Origin: a virus
Virus record (IMG/VR): IMGVR_UViG_3300045988_111768
Strand: one strand, 5' to 3'
Length of the DNA stretch: 27,914 nucleotides
Under the pieces are notes generated by a model, which was not told the origin of the DNA, made no database searches, and saw only the letters and a program-made list of their open reading frames with translations. Of the stretch, positions 1-8,189 are shown one piece after another. Each line of letters begins with the position of its first letter. The stretch's first letter is position 1. Position numbers and translations under genes: made by a program.

Positions 1-141
1 CTGCTGCCGACCATCCGAAAAGAGGGCAGTACGATTATCTTCGCGCTTAACCCTTTGACCCCGGCTGATGAGGTTATGACCCGTTTCGTGACAAAACCAA
101 ACCGAGAAGTAAAGTCGCGTACCGTGCATAGGCACGTGACC
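1..141. repeat. Terminal overlap, identical to 27774-27914. The window wraps a circular or circularly permuted genome of 27,773 bp unique sequence.
   Basis: Bases 1-141 (ctgctgccgaccatccgaaaag...cataggcacgtgacc) recur base for base at 27774-27914. The overlap lies inside one continuous reading frame (terL). Confidence 0.95.
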
Positions 142-873
142 TACAGGACGCTGCTCCGCGCCGGACTGCTGCCAAACGAGGTATTGAAACAGGTCAAGGA
201 AGCGAAGGACTCGCCAGACTTCGCCCACATCTGGGAAGGTGCGCCGATCGAGGACGTGGCGAACCGTATCATCTCATGGCAGCAGCTGGTAGGCGCGGAA
301 ACCGTCGAACACGCCGAGGGGGGTGTTGTATTAGGTATCGATGTGGCGCGACTCGGTTCCGACCGTACCGCCGTGGCCGTCAATCAGGGCGGCACGATAG
401 TAGACTTGGTGAGCTGGCATCATACAAGGCTTACCGAATCGGCGGAGACTATACGGCAGCTTGCAGACAGGTGGAAACCTACCGCGATTAACGTTGATGA
501 TTGCGGCGTTGGTGGCGGTTTGACTGATATGCTTTTGCAGTCTGGTTTGCCTGTGCAGCCTGTCAACAGCGCAAGCCGTGCCAAGGATAGCGTGAGGTAC
601 CCGAACATCAATAGCGAACTTTGGTTCGATTTTTCCGAAAAGCTGCAATCGGGTGCAATCCGTATCAACTCTGCATTACCGGACAAAAACGCATTGTACG
701 ATGAGCTGAGCACGCGAAGCTGGAAACTCAACGCCAAGAACCAACGGCAGGTGCAGCCGAAGGCCGAATACAAGCAGTCGAATAATACCGGTTCGCCTGA
801 TTTGGCCGACTCCGTGCTTTTGTCAGCCTATGAGCCTGCGAAGTATACAAGCTGGATTGTCGATGTCGTGTGA
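1..873 (+). CDS. terL: Terminase large subunit, C-terminal part (5'-truncated by the window edge; continues from 27360-27914)
   Basis: The frame is open from base 1 (LLPTIRKEGSTIIFALNPLTPADEVM...) and is in phase with the ORF that runs off the window end. The joined product is 428 aa. Stop is TGA at 871-873. Position directly before the portal gene fits a terminase. Confidence 0.85.
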   Translation: MLPTIRKEGSTIIFALNPLTPADEVMTRFVTKPNREVKSRTVHRHVTYRTLLRAGLLPNEVLKQVKEAKDSPDFAHIWEGAPIEDVANRIISWQQLVGAETVEHAEGGVVLGIDVARLGSDRTAVAVNQGGTIVDLVSWHHTRLTESAETIRQLADRWKPTAINVDDCGVGGGLTDMLLQSGLPVQPVNSASRAKDSVRYPNINSELWFDFSEKLQSGAIRINSALPDKNALYDELSTRSWKLNAKNQRQVQPKAEYKQSNNTGSPDLADSVLLSAYEPAKYTSWIVDVV

Positions 874-876
874 GCG

Positions 877-954
877 TAATTGATAATGATTATAAATAAG
901 CGCTCCGTAGGTTTAGGTATCCGCATCTATAATTAATAATGATTATCAATAAGC
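877..954 (+). repeat. Two 25-bp direct repeats (877-901 and 930-954, 23/25 identical) in an AT-rich terL-portal spacer. Each holds an 11-bp palindrome ATAATGATTAT.
   Basis: TAATTGATAATGATTATAAATAAGC versus TAATTAATAATGATTATCAATAAGC, read directly. Palindromic cores lie at 883-893 and 936-946. A TATAAT hexamer sits at 928-933. Confidence 0.8.
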
Positions 955-970
955 CTAATGAAAGACGATA

Positions 971-3091
971 ATGAGCAAACTCATGTACAAATTGCGGAGC
1001 TTCTTCAACCGCCCTGACCCGCAGACTTTTGCCGGTGATTGGACGCGGATAAGCGGCAGTGGGGCACAGGTGATTCCACCCTATGACGCTTACGCGCAGA
1101 TTTTCCCCTACAGCAATGTAATCGCGTCGCGGTTCGCTACGATTATCCCCTACGCCGTAGACAATCAGGGCAAGCGCATCAACCCGGCACCCACGGCGCT
1201 CCGTGCCCTCTACGCGCCCAATGACCAGTTCTCTTGCCTTGAGTTTCTGAAATTCATCGCCAATTCGATTCTTACCCAGTCGCATCTTGATATTCTCATT
1301 TGGACTAATCAGGGCGGGCACATTCAGCCGGGCGGCGAGGTCACGCCCGACAATATCGCCGGTTACACGTTTTTGCCGCAGGACAGCCGCCAGTGGGACA
1401 GCTCGCACACTACTTGGACGCACCGAGTAACAATGAATATCGGTGGCAGGTTGGAGACTCGCACCTTTACACGTGATGAGACAATCGCGCTCAGTTATTC
1501 GGCGCATCCGCTCGACCCGTCGCGTGGCATCAGCCCGGCGCAGACCATCCGCAAATGGGCGAACGTCGATGATATGATCGCGGATTACGAGCGCGGCTTT
1601 TTCGCCAACGGAGCTGTTCCCGCTGGCATGATGGGTATTGTCTCCGCAGATGCGACTGACTTCCAGCGCACTAAATCGCAGCTTGAAAACGCTTTTCAGG
1701 GTGCGGGGCGGAACAACGGCGTTGTCTACAATATGATCCCCGTCGACCCGATTACCAGCAAGCCGTCTGATACGGGGAAGCTGGTGTGGGTCCCCTTCCA
1801 GCAGGCAAATAATAGTCTTGACTTGGCAAGCCTGAACAACGTGGTGAACAACCGTCTCGCAAGTGCTTTGGCCGTGCCGGATATCGTGCGCGGTATCGAC
1901 AATGGACAGACCTACGCCAACGCGGAGCAGGCCGAGCGTTCCTTCGTTGAAAACACTTTGAAACCGCTGTGTATGACGGTGTGGGATAAATTCCAGTTCG
2001 AGCTTGATCGAATCACCGGCGGACTCGGATACGGTATCAATTTCACCCTTGACCTTCCGGCGCAGACGGATGTGCGCAAGGTGCAGGCCGACACGCAGGC
2101 CGTACAGGTCGAAACGCTTATCAAGCTCATTAACGCGGGTGCCGCTGTAGACTCCGCCGTGGAAGCCTTGCACCTGCCGGAAGAGTACAAGGCGTTGGAG
2201 CTTAAGCCTGCCGCGCCGTCGCTTTTCTCACGTCCCGCAGCCCCGCGACTTCAGGCCGCTAAACCGGAGCCTGATACGAAGCCTGTAAAACCAGAGGTGG
2301 AAGAGCCCACAGTAGCCAAGGCCGCAAAACTGGTGCGCGAATACTACCGTGACCTGATTGACATTAATCTGGCCGCGCATGACTTTGCCAAACCCACCGT
2401 GGATAGTGGCGAGATTCAGGCCGAGCTAGTCGACGGCCTTTTCTCCGTCTATGAGCCTGAAATAATCGCCTACGCCAACGCGACTGGCAAGACTATTATT
2501 CAGGCCATGCAGGAGCTTGCCGCCACTAATCCGGCAATTGCGGAGATACTGGACGCTTACACGCCCGCGCAGCTTGCCGATATTATCAAGTGGGGCGCAT
2601 TGCCTGAAACATTCGAGCAAGCCTACCGCAGGCAGCTCACGAAGACAGTAGCAGCCGTGACCGATACCGCAAATAAAAGCATTGCGGAAATCATCGCTCA
2701 AGGCATCAAAGACAAGCTCGACTACAGGGAGCTTGTGAAGCAGCTGCATGGCCTGCTTGACAATGACCGCGCCGAACTGCTGGCGGCAAACGAGCTGCGC
2801 AACGCGGAGCGATTGGGCAGCCTGTACAGCGCGAAGAACCTAAGCAATAAGACAGGCGTAACCCTGAAAAAGGTATGGCATACCAGCGGACTCGATTCAG
2901 GAAGCGAACACAAGCCCTGCCCATTCTGCGAGCATATGGACGGCAAGGTGGTCGGGTTGAGCGAGACTTTTTTTGCTGAGGGTGATTCGATCGACATCGA
3001 CGGCGAGACATACACGAACGACTATGCTTCGATGGTCACGGCTGCGGCTCACCCGCGCTGTCGCTGCACCCAGACATACGAGGTGGCCTGA
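971..3091 (+). CDS. Portal protein fused to a MuF/SPP1 gp7-like head morphogenesis domain (706 aa)
   Basis: The N-terminal ~400 aa look portal-like (ALAVPDIVRGIDNGQTYANAEQAERSFVENTLKP). A Pro/Ala-rich linker (KPAAPSLFSRPAAPRLQAAKPEPDTKPVKPEVEEP, about 2198-2330) follows. The C-terminus has the MuF signature WHTSG...HPRCRCT. It sits immediately after terL. Confidence 0.85.
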   Translation: MSKLMYKLRSFFNRPDPQTFAGDWTRISGSGAQVIPPYDAYAQIFPYSNVIASRFATIIPYAVDNQGKRINPAPTALRALYAPNDQFSCLEFLKFIANSILTQSHLDILIWTNQGGHIQPGGEVTPDNIAGYTFLPQDSRQWDSSHTTWTHRVTMNIGGRLETRTFTRDETIALSYSAHPLDPSRGISPAQTIRKWANVDDMIADYERGFFANGAVPAGMMGIVSADATDFQRTKSQLENAFQGAGRNNGVVYNMIPVDPITSKPSDTGKLVWVPFQQANNSLDLASLNNVVNNRLASALAVPDIVRGIDNGQTYANAEQAERSFVENTLKPLCMTVWDKFQFELDRITGGLGYGINFTLDLPAQTDVRKVQADTQAVQVETLIKLINAGAAVDSAVEALHLPEEYKALELKPAAPSLFSRPAAPRLQAAKPEPDTKPVKPEVEEPTVAKAAKLVREYYRDLIDINLAAHDFAKPTVDSGEIQAELVDGLFSVYEPEIIAYANATGKTIIQAMQELAATNPAIAEILDAYTPAQLADIIKWGALPETFEQAYRRQLTKTVAAVTDTANKSIAEIIAQGIKDKLDYRELVKQLHGLLDNDRAELLAANELRNAERLGSLYSAKNLSNKTGVTLKKVWHTSGLDSGSEHKPCPFCEHMDGKVVGLSETFFAEGDSIDIDGETYTNDYASMVTAAAHPRCRCTQTYEVA

Positions 3092-3256
3092 ATGGATATA
3101 AAATGCAAAAAGTGCGGGAGGTTTCTGGGGTCTACCGAGCATAGCTTGCAAGTCATGCTCAAGTGCCCTAACTGCCGTGCTTATCTCGCCTATCACGTCA
3201 CCATGCTAAGTGAGAACCATTCTCAATATCATGATAGTATTGGGCATAGAGCATAA
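3092..3256 (+). CDS. Com-like zinc-ribbon protein, 54 aa (below the ORF-track length cutoff)
   Basis: ATG at 3092 lies one base after the portal stop. Translation is MDIKCKKCGRFLGSTEHSLQVMLKCPNCRAYLAYHV..., with CxxC-N16-CxxC and the basic/hydrophobic context of the phage Mu Com translational-activator family. Stop is TAA at 3254-3256. Confidence 0.6.
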   Translation: MDIKCKKCGRFLGSTEHSLQVMLKCPNCRAYLAYHVTMLSENHSQYHDSIGHRA

Positions 3257-3297
3257 GCCCTAGAAGGACGCTCAAAAACAAACGTAAGGAAGGATGA

Positions 3298-5058
3298 ATG
3301 AAACAGACCATCGTATGCGACGCTCACAGCGCAAGCAGCGACGGCAAGATGTTGACATTCCTCGCCAACAGCGGCAAGAAGATGACAAACGGCTATACCG
3401 TAGACCTGCAAACCTTGCAGGCTCCGGTAGACGGCGGACTGCTCAAGCCAGTAACTGAGCTGACCGACTCCGACAAACTCACGCTACCGCTGCTTGTCGA
3501 CCACATGCCGAGCATCACGTATCAGGCCGGTATCATCGAAAAACTTTGGATCGATGATGACGGGCTAATGGCACGCGCAAGACTCAGCAGCAACGAGCCG
3601 GGCGAGGGTATCCGCAAGCTTGCAAGCGAAGGGATGTTAACCAATTCCTTCAGCATCACTATCGACTTCGACGCTGAGCCAGACGAAAACGGGGTAATCC
3701 GTAACGCCGAGCTGGTCGAAATCAGTGTAGTCTACCGTGGCGCAGACAGCAAAGCCGTGTTTCACAGTATCAACAACCGGGGAGGAAAAACAATGAAAAT
3801 CAAGAACAATCTCACCAAGGACGAAGCGCAGGCGCTTATCGATGAGCTGACCGACGCCATCCACGATTTGACCGAGAAAACCGACGACGACATGCCGCCG
3901 GAGGAACCGGCGCAGTCCAACGAGGCCGAAAACAGCAAGGAAGGTGACGCTACCGTGTCCAATGGTCGCACTAACATCATCATCAACAGCGCCGGAGCAG
4001 CACGCCAGTCCCTCGCCAAAACCAATGACCCGCTGGACGAATGGCTGAAGAGCGAAGACGCTACCAAGGCATACGAGCAGGCATTGTGGAAGGCCGACAA
4101 TCAGGGCGTTAACGGCTTCAAGGCCGCTTGGCGCGAAGAGCTTGCACGCCACGCCTACGTCAACAATTCCAGCATCGATGAAGCAAGCGTGACCAAGCTT
4201 GTCCCGACCTCGGTCATTACCGAGATCGAAGACGCGCTCAACAAGGCAAGCGAACTGTGGCCGCTGTACCGCAAGCTGGACGTTGACAGCTTCACGGTCG
4301 GCGCTCAGCTGGCCGGGCTGACCGATGATACCCGCGCCCACGGCTACAAGGTTACCGACTACGGCACCAGCAAGAAGACCCAGAAGTTCAATCTGGTTGA
4401 GCGCAAGATTGCCGCAGATTTCGTTGTCAAGTACGCAGTGCTGAACAAGGGCGATATCAGGCGCACCGACAAGCCGGGCGCGCTGGTGAAGTACCTGCTG
4501 AGCGAGATGCCGAACTACATCTTGCACGCCATCGACCGACAGATTATTCTGGGCGGATACACCGACATGGACTTCTTCCGTTCGGTGCAGACCGACGCGA
4601 AGGACAGTTCGAGTGAGTCCGCCGGTAAGAACTTCGCGCTCTCCGCCACCGAAGGCGACCGAGCCAACCTTGTCCTTGACGTGGTGGGACTCGCTTCCAA
4701 GATTACCGCCACCGGTACCAAGGTGCTGGTAATGAGTCCTGAAACCAAGGTCGACGTTATCACCGCCGCGGACGGTATCGGCCGACCGCTGGTCGGCTAC
4801 GGCAATGATAATCTTGCCGCCTACTTGGGTGTCGATAAGGTCATTACCCCGGACTGGTGGACTGATGCTGATGACGCGAAGACCCGCGCCGTCGTGATCG
4901 TGCCGGAAGCCTATGGCGTGGTCGGTGATACGTCCATCAGCGCGTTCACCAACTTCGCACTCAAGACCAACGAACAGGAATACCTTAGCGAAATCTTCGC
5001 GGGTGGTGCCCTGACCAAGGTCAAGAGTGCAGGCGTGCTCAATCCGAAGACCGCGTGA
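3298..5058 (+). CDS. Prohead protease - scaffold-like (delta) segment - HK97-fold major capsid protein in one 586-aa ORF
   Basis: The N-terminal ~160 aa carry HK97-type serine-protease motifs (LVDHMPS..., NSFSITIDFD, EISVVYRGAD). An acidic helical segment follows. The C-terminal ~300 aa are HK97 capsid-like (FNLVERKIAADFVVKYAVLNKGDI..., ILHAIDRQIILGG). SD AAGGAAGGA precedes the ATG. Confidence 0.85.
   Translation: MKQTIVCDAHSASSDGKMLTFLANSGKKMTNGYTVDLQTLQAPVDGGLLKPVTELTDSDKLTLPLLVDHMPSITYQAGIIEKLWIDDDGLMARARLSSNEPGEGIRKLASEGMLTNSFSITIDFDAEPDENGVIRNAELVEISVVYRGADSKAVFHSINNRGGKTMKIKNNLTKDEAQALIDELTDAIHDLTEKTDDDMPPEEPAQSNEAENSKEGDATVSNGRTNIIINSAGAARQSLAKTNDPLDEWLKSEDATKAYEQALWKADNQGVNGFKAAWREELARHAYVNNSSIDEASVTKLVPTSVITEIEDALNKASELWPLYRKLDVDSFTVGAQLAGLTDDTRAHGYKVTDYGTSKKTQKFNLVERKIAADFVVKYAVLNKGDIRRTDKPGALVKYLLSEMPNYILHAIDRQIILGGYTDMDFFRSVQTDAKDSSSESAGKNFALSATEGDRANLVLDVVGLASKITATGTKVLVMSPETKVDVITAADGIGRPLVGYGNDNLAAYLGVDKVITPDWWTDADDAKTRAVVIVPEAYGVVGDTSISAFTNFALKTNEQEYLSEIFAGGALTKVKSAGVLNPKTA
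3781..3795 (+). promoter_or_regulatory. Candidate internal in-frame translation start (GGAGGA-N6-ATG) inside the protease-capsid ORF
   Basis: ggaggaaaaacaATG has its ATG at 3793, in frame with 3298 (offset 495 nt) and exactly at the end of the protease-like segment. It would give a 421-aa scaffold-plus-capsid product. Confidence 0.4.
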
Positions 5059-5092
5059 CACGCCCGGTAGCCGCCGAGCCTGACTAGACTAG

Positions 5093-5116
5093 GGGGGTGG
5101 ACAAGCGTCCGCCCCC
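5093..5116 (+). terminator. Strong GC hairpin (10-bp stem, AAGC tetraloop) 35 nt after the capsid stop, with no U-tract
   Basis: GGGGGTGGAC-aagc-GTCCGCCCCC read directly, with one G-T wobble. No T-run follows, so at best it is an I-shaped terminator or attenuator. Confidence 0.4.
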
Positions 5117-5157
5117 TAACGCATAATGAAACACACTCACACTAAGGATTAACAATC

Positions 5158-5715
5158 ATGACAACCGCCTATTTGCACCTGACCGACACCGACAAGCCCG
5201 AGTCGCAGACCGCCATCACCGCAAGTTTCGTAGATGAGAACGGCAAACACATCGGCGGCGGCGGAACTACCGAGATTCACACCGATGATACACTTGCCGG
5301 AACCGGCACCACAGGCAATCCGCTGAAGCTCTCCGATGCAACCAGCCAGAAGATTACAAAAGCCGGAACACTGACAGCCGATAACCTGCTTAACCCTGCC
5401 CCGACTGAGATTATTAGTGGGAATTTCAAAGGGGCGCAAATCATGCTTGATGACTCTTCCAAGTTGTACGTTCTGGTTAAGGCTGGTGGCGGCTTAAGTG
5501 TCTCCAATGATGGCCCCTGGAGCTCTGTAACCGCACCGGCCATTACAGCGCTTCAAGCAATCAGTACTCTTGCGGAATCGGCTTCTCTTTCCGATGTGAC
5601 CGCGAAAGTTAACGAAATGCTCAACGCCGTGAAAAACGCTACCGCTGCCAACATGGCAAACGATGCAATCACCGACCCCGGTATTGGCGAACCGTCAATC
5701 ATGGATAGTGAGTGA
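5158..5715 (+). CDS. Hypothetical structural protein, possibly a head decoration or fibre protein
   Basis: 185-aa ORF with SD AAGGA, immediately after the capsid gene. It contains a Gly/Thr-rich motif (DDTLAGTGTTGNPLKLSD) of the kind seen in phage fibre or decoration proteins. The function is inferred from position only. Confidence 0.6.
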   Translation: MTTAYLHLTDTDKPESQTAITASFVDENGKHIGGGGTTEIHTDDTLAGTGTTGNPLKLSDATSQKITKAGTLTADNLLNPAPTEIISGNFKGAQIMLDDSSKLYVLVKAGGGLSVSNDGPWSSVTAPAITALQAISTLAESASLSDVTAKVNEMLNAVKNATAANMANDAITDPGIGEPSIMDSE

Positions 5716-5738
5716 CACAGTAAAAAGGTAAAATAGTA

Positions 5739-5772
5739 GGGACACTCGTAATGAGTGCCCCTATTCTTTTTT
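5739..5772 (+). terminator. Rho-independent terminator
   Basis: GGGACACTC-gtaat-GAGTGCCCC (one mismatch) followed by tattctttttt. Confidence 0.65.
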
Positions 5773-5782
5773 GGAGGGACAC

Positions 5783-6424
5783 ATGAGCTTTATACCAATC
5801 GAAAACATCGGCGGCGAACTGGCGCGGGAGTGGCTCCCGACTGTGCTTCCAGTGGTGAGTAACATCCTATGCGGTGCCATGGTCGTGGAAAAGACAGGCG
5901 AAAGCGAAGGTATTGTACAGGCCGACGGCCTGACTGTGGAACTCGGCGCATGGTATTCAGCTGTGCAGTCGGTCAAGCATGGCGGAGAAGAAGTTGCCTA
6001 CACGTTCGCGCCGAATAACGGCGATATCGACTATGCGACAGGATTGATTACCGAAGCCTACGGCCACACGCTCACACTCGAAACTAAGCTCGAACCCGGC
6101 ACAGTCCTGACGATCCAAGGAACCTTCGGGTTTAAGACCATCCCCGAAAGCCTGCAAGCCCTGCTCGCAAGCATGATACGCAACTTGGAAGACTCCAGTA
6201 CCGGAGCCGACAGAATCACCAGCAAAAGCATCGAAGACGTGTCGGTATCCTACCAGCGTGACACGACAACACCCGTACTGGCGAAAACCGTCGAATCGTT
6301 TGCGAGCGTAATCGACATGTGGACGCTCTGCGACAAGCCGCTTGTGGTAGGCCGACTCGCCATGCCACGCACCCTGCCGTCTGTACCCTACTGGGTGGGG
6401 GATGGTGACGGCCTTGACGTGTGA
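5783..6424 (+). CDS. Hypothetical head-tail connector or head completion protein
   Basis: GGAGGG SD then ATG at 5783 (MSFIPIENIGGE...). The ORF-track start at 5771 is a TTG inside the SD. Synteny places it between the capsid and HK97 gp10-like genes. Confidence 0.65.
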   Translation: MSFIPIENIGGELAREWLPTVLPVVSNILCGAMVVEKTGESEGIVQADGLTVELGAWYSAVQSVKHGGEEVAYTFAPNNGDIDYATGLITEAYGHTLTLETKLEPGTVLTIQGTFGFKTIPESLQALLASMIRNLEDSSTGADRITSKSIEDVSVSYQRDTTTPVLAKTVESFASVIDMWTLCDKPLVVGRLAMPRTLPSVPYWVGDGDGLDV

Positions 6425-6773
6425 CCCCCTCGAGCTGTTCCCCGAGCAAATCGAAACAGTCGAACTATGGCGTTATGCGAGTTCCGCGCGTGATAATGTC
6501 AAGCTTGCCGACATGCAGGCCATAGTCAAACGTTCCACCAACTCGGACGCATTCGGTGATTACGGTGCGCGTATCGCAACCCGCCGATTCCACGTGCAGA
6601 CAAGCACAATACCCGAAAACCTGCGTGACCCTGATATGCTGCTAGACCTCGTAATCAAAGCCAAAACCCGCACATACAAAATCACGCAGGCAAGTCGCGG
6701 CGATGACATGACAGACGGAACCACGCCATTCATCACCATCTACGCGCAGCCATACGGGCGGAACGCGCTATGA
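6402..6773 (+). CDS. Hypothetical head-tail joining protein
   Basis: 123-aa ORF. Its start overlaps the upstream gene end, and its stop overlaps the next start (ATGA at 6770-6773), indicating translational coupling within the head-tail block. Confidence 0.65.
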   Translation: MVTALTCDPLELFPEQIETVELWRYASSARDNVKLADMQAIVKRSTNSDAFGDYGARIATRRFHVQTSTIPENLRDPDMLLDLVIKAKTRTYKITQASRGDDMTDGTTPFITIYAQPYGRNAL

Positions 6774-7114
6774 GCATCCGAGTCACAATCAACCGGAACA
6801 TCTACCGGCAAGGGCGGCAGGCCATGCAAACCGGATTAACACGCATGCTCACCGACATACACCGGGACGCGGTGACAAACGCGCCAATAGGCTCCCCGCC
6901 AGAAGACAAACACCCCGGCCTGCTCAAGGCTTCAGGCCGGTTCAAGCTCCAAGGCATGAAGGGTCACGTTGTCTTCGGCGGCGGCAGAGTCCCATACGCA
7001 AGGCGACGTGAATACGAAAACCGCAGGCACCCGCAGACCAAGCATTACCTGCGCAACGCAGCCAACAAGGCGGCAGCACGCAAAGACACCTATTTTACAG
7101 GGATTTTGAAATGA
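6770..7114 (+). CDS. HK97 gp10-like head-tail joining protein
   Basis: NAPIGSPPEDKHPGLLKASGRF...VFGGGRVPYARRREY matches the HK97 gp10-family pattern. It is coupled by ATGA overlaps on both sides. Confidence 0.7.
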   Translation: MSIRVTINRNIYRQGRQAMQTGLTRMLTDIHRDAVTNAPIGSPPEDKHPGLLKASGRFKLQGMKGHVVFGGGRVPYARRREYENRRHPQTKHYLRNAANKAAARKDTYFTGILK

Positions 7115-7545
7115 TTGATTTAGCAGTAGCACTAGCCCTACAAGATGCCGGTTTCGGCACCTACGGCGAAAACCTATTCGCCAACCGCTCCCCCATCCTC
7201 GATACCGGAGCAGTCAGCAGCAAGGACGGCATATGGGTCACAGCCACCACCATAAGCTACAACGCCGGACATTACACCGACCAAATCACGATAAGCACCC
7301 GCTACTATGATTCCATCCAACAAGGCGAGACGCTATTGCGCATCATGTCGTGGATAAACAGCACACTCGTAGACGCTTGCAGCCTATCGTGCGAGCCGGA
7401 AAGCCCCATCGTATTCGGCCACTTGGACATACGCCCAGCCAGTTCAATCGACTTGGACGCGATCGATGATGAAGGCCGGTACGTTAAAAGCATTCATTTC
7501 AACGTCACCTACCCTCTCCCCGACCTATCCGGCTTGAGGGTGTAA
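7111..7545 (+). CDS. Tail terminator or tail completion protein (by position)
   Basis: 144-aa ORF directly upstream of the major tail protein gene. No diagnostic motif was recognised. Confidence 0.6.
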   Translation: MIDLAVALALQDAGFGTYGENLFANRSPILDTGAVSSKDGIWVTATTISYNAGHYTDQITISTRYYDSIQQGETLLRIMSWINSTLVDACSLSCEPESPIVFGHLDIRPASSIDLDAIDDEGRYVKSIHFNVTYPLPDLSGLRV

Positions 7546-7596
7546 GCTGGAAACATAGAATATTGATAATCATTCTCAACAAGGAAGGTATCAAGA

Positions 7597-8178
7597 ATGG
7601 CAACCACAGATTACTCGCTGATTGGCAAGAAAACCGTATACATCGGACAGGAAGAATTTTCGCCCGAACTGGTCGGCTCCGATGGTATCACCATCACCCT
7701 CACCCCGAACACGGTTGATGTTGAATCACAGGCCGGAACAATCAGCATCCCGTCCGGCACCTACAGTGAGATTAGCGCCACCATCCCGCTTATCATCCCC
7801 AACATGTCGGTCATGGCAAAGATTTTCCCCTCCCTCGCGCAGAAGGGCGCAGCCGGTAGCAAGGTCACTTTCGGCGCAGGCGACTGTCAGGCAATCACGT
7901 CCGAGCCTATCGTAATCCACAATACTTGCGACAAGGACAGTACCAGCGACGTGTACATTCCCGCTGCTCTGATTCAGAACGGCGGCGAGTTCACCGTAGG
8001 TTCTACCGGCGACCCTATGCAGGTTGAGCTTGATATTACCATGCTTCCTGATGAAAAGGGTTACGTTAACTTCGGCTGTTCCGACACCACGAAGAAAACC
8101 ATTTATGACCCGTCCACCATGAGCTATAAGGACGTGACCGGCTCTCAGGCCGCAGTCTCTAAGGCTATCGAAAAGTAA
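7597..8178 (+). CDS. Major tail protein
   Basis: 193-aa ORF with a strong SD (AAGGAAGG). It sits upstream of the chaperone pair and tape measure gene and has a Thr/Ser/Gly-rich, beta-type composition. Confidence 0.75.
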   Translation: MATTDYSLIGKKTVYIGQEEFSPELVGSDGITITLTPNTVDVESQAGTISIPSGTYSEISATIPLIIPNMSVMAKIFPSLAQKGAAGSKVTFGAGDCQAITSEPIVIHNTCDKDSTSDVYIPAALIQNGGEFTVGSTGDPMQVELDITMLPDEKGYVNFGCSDTTKKTIYDPSTMSYKDVTGSQAAVSKAIEK

Positions 8179-8189
8179 GGACAAGCAGC

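Noticed and set aside
1-141. The 141-bp direct terminal repeat could be taken as physical genome ends (a DTR).
   Set aside because: The repeat falls in the middle of the terL reading frame and simply completes it. An exact end overlap of fixed k-mer-like length is the usual signature of a circular contig from a de Bruijn assembler (141 is the maximum default k of some assemblers). It says nothing about virion DNA ends.
890-2173. The track lists long antisense ORFs: 890-2173 (-), 3637-5061 (-), 9836-10651 (-), 12018-12803 (-), 14705-15370 (-), 17337-17972 (+) and 20085-20792 (+).
   Set aside because: Each lies opposite a gene with clear family motifs or strong synteny. They lack SD sequences and have Arg/Gly/Ser-rich low-complexity translations, as is typical of open antisense frames in GC-rich DNA.
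5057-5065. A GACACGCCC copy of the early-arm motif core lies just after the capsid stop codon.
   Set aside because: It is a single occurrence outside the early arm with no associated -10-like element or palindrome partner. I cannot distinguish it from chance with the information available.
7622-7915. An overlapping alternative-frame ORF (97 aa, Pro/Ser/Arg-rich) lies inside the major tail protein gene.
   Set aside because: It has no SD, its low-complexity composition is typical of an off-frame reading of a GC-rich gene, and there is no slippery site to reach it.
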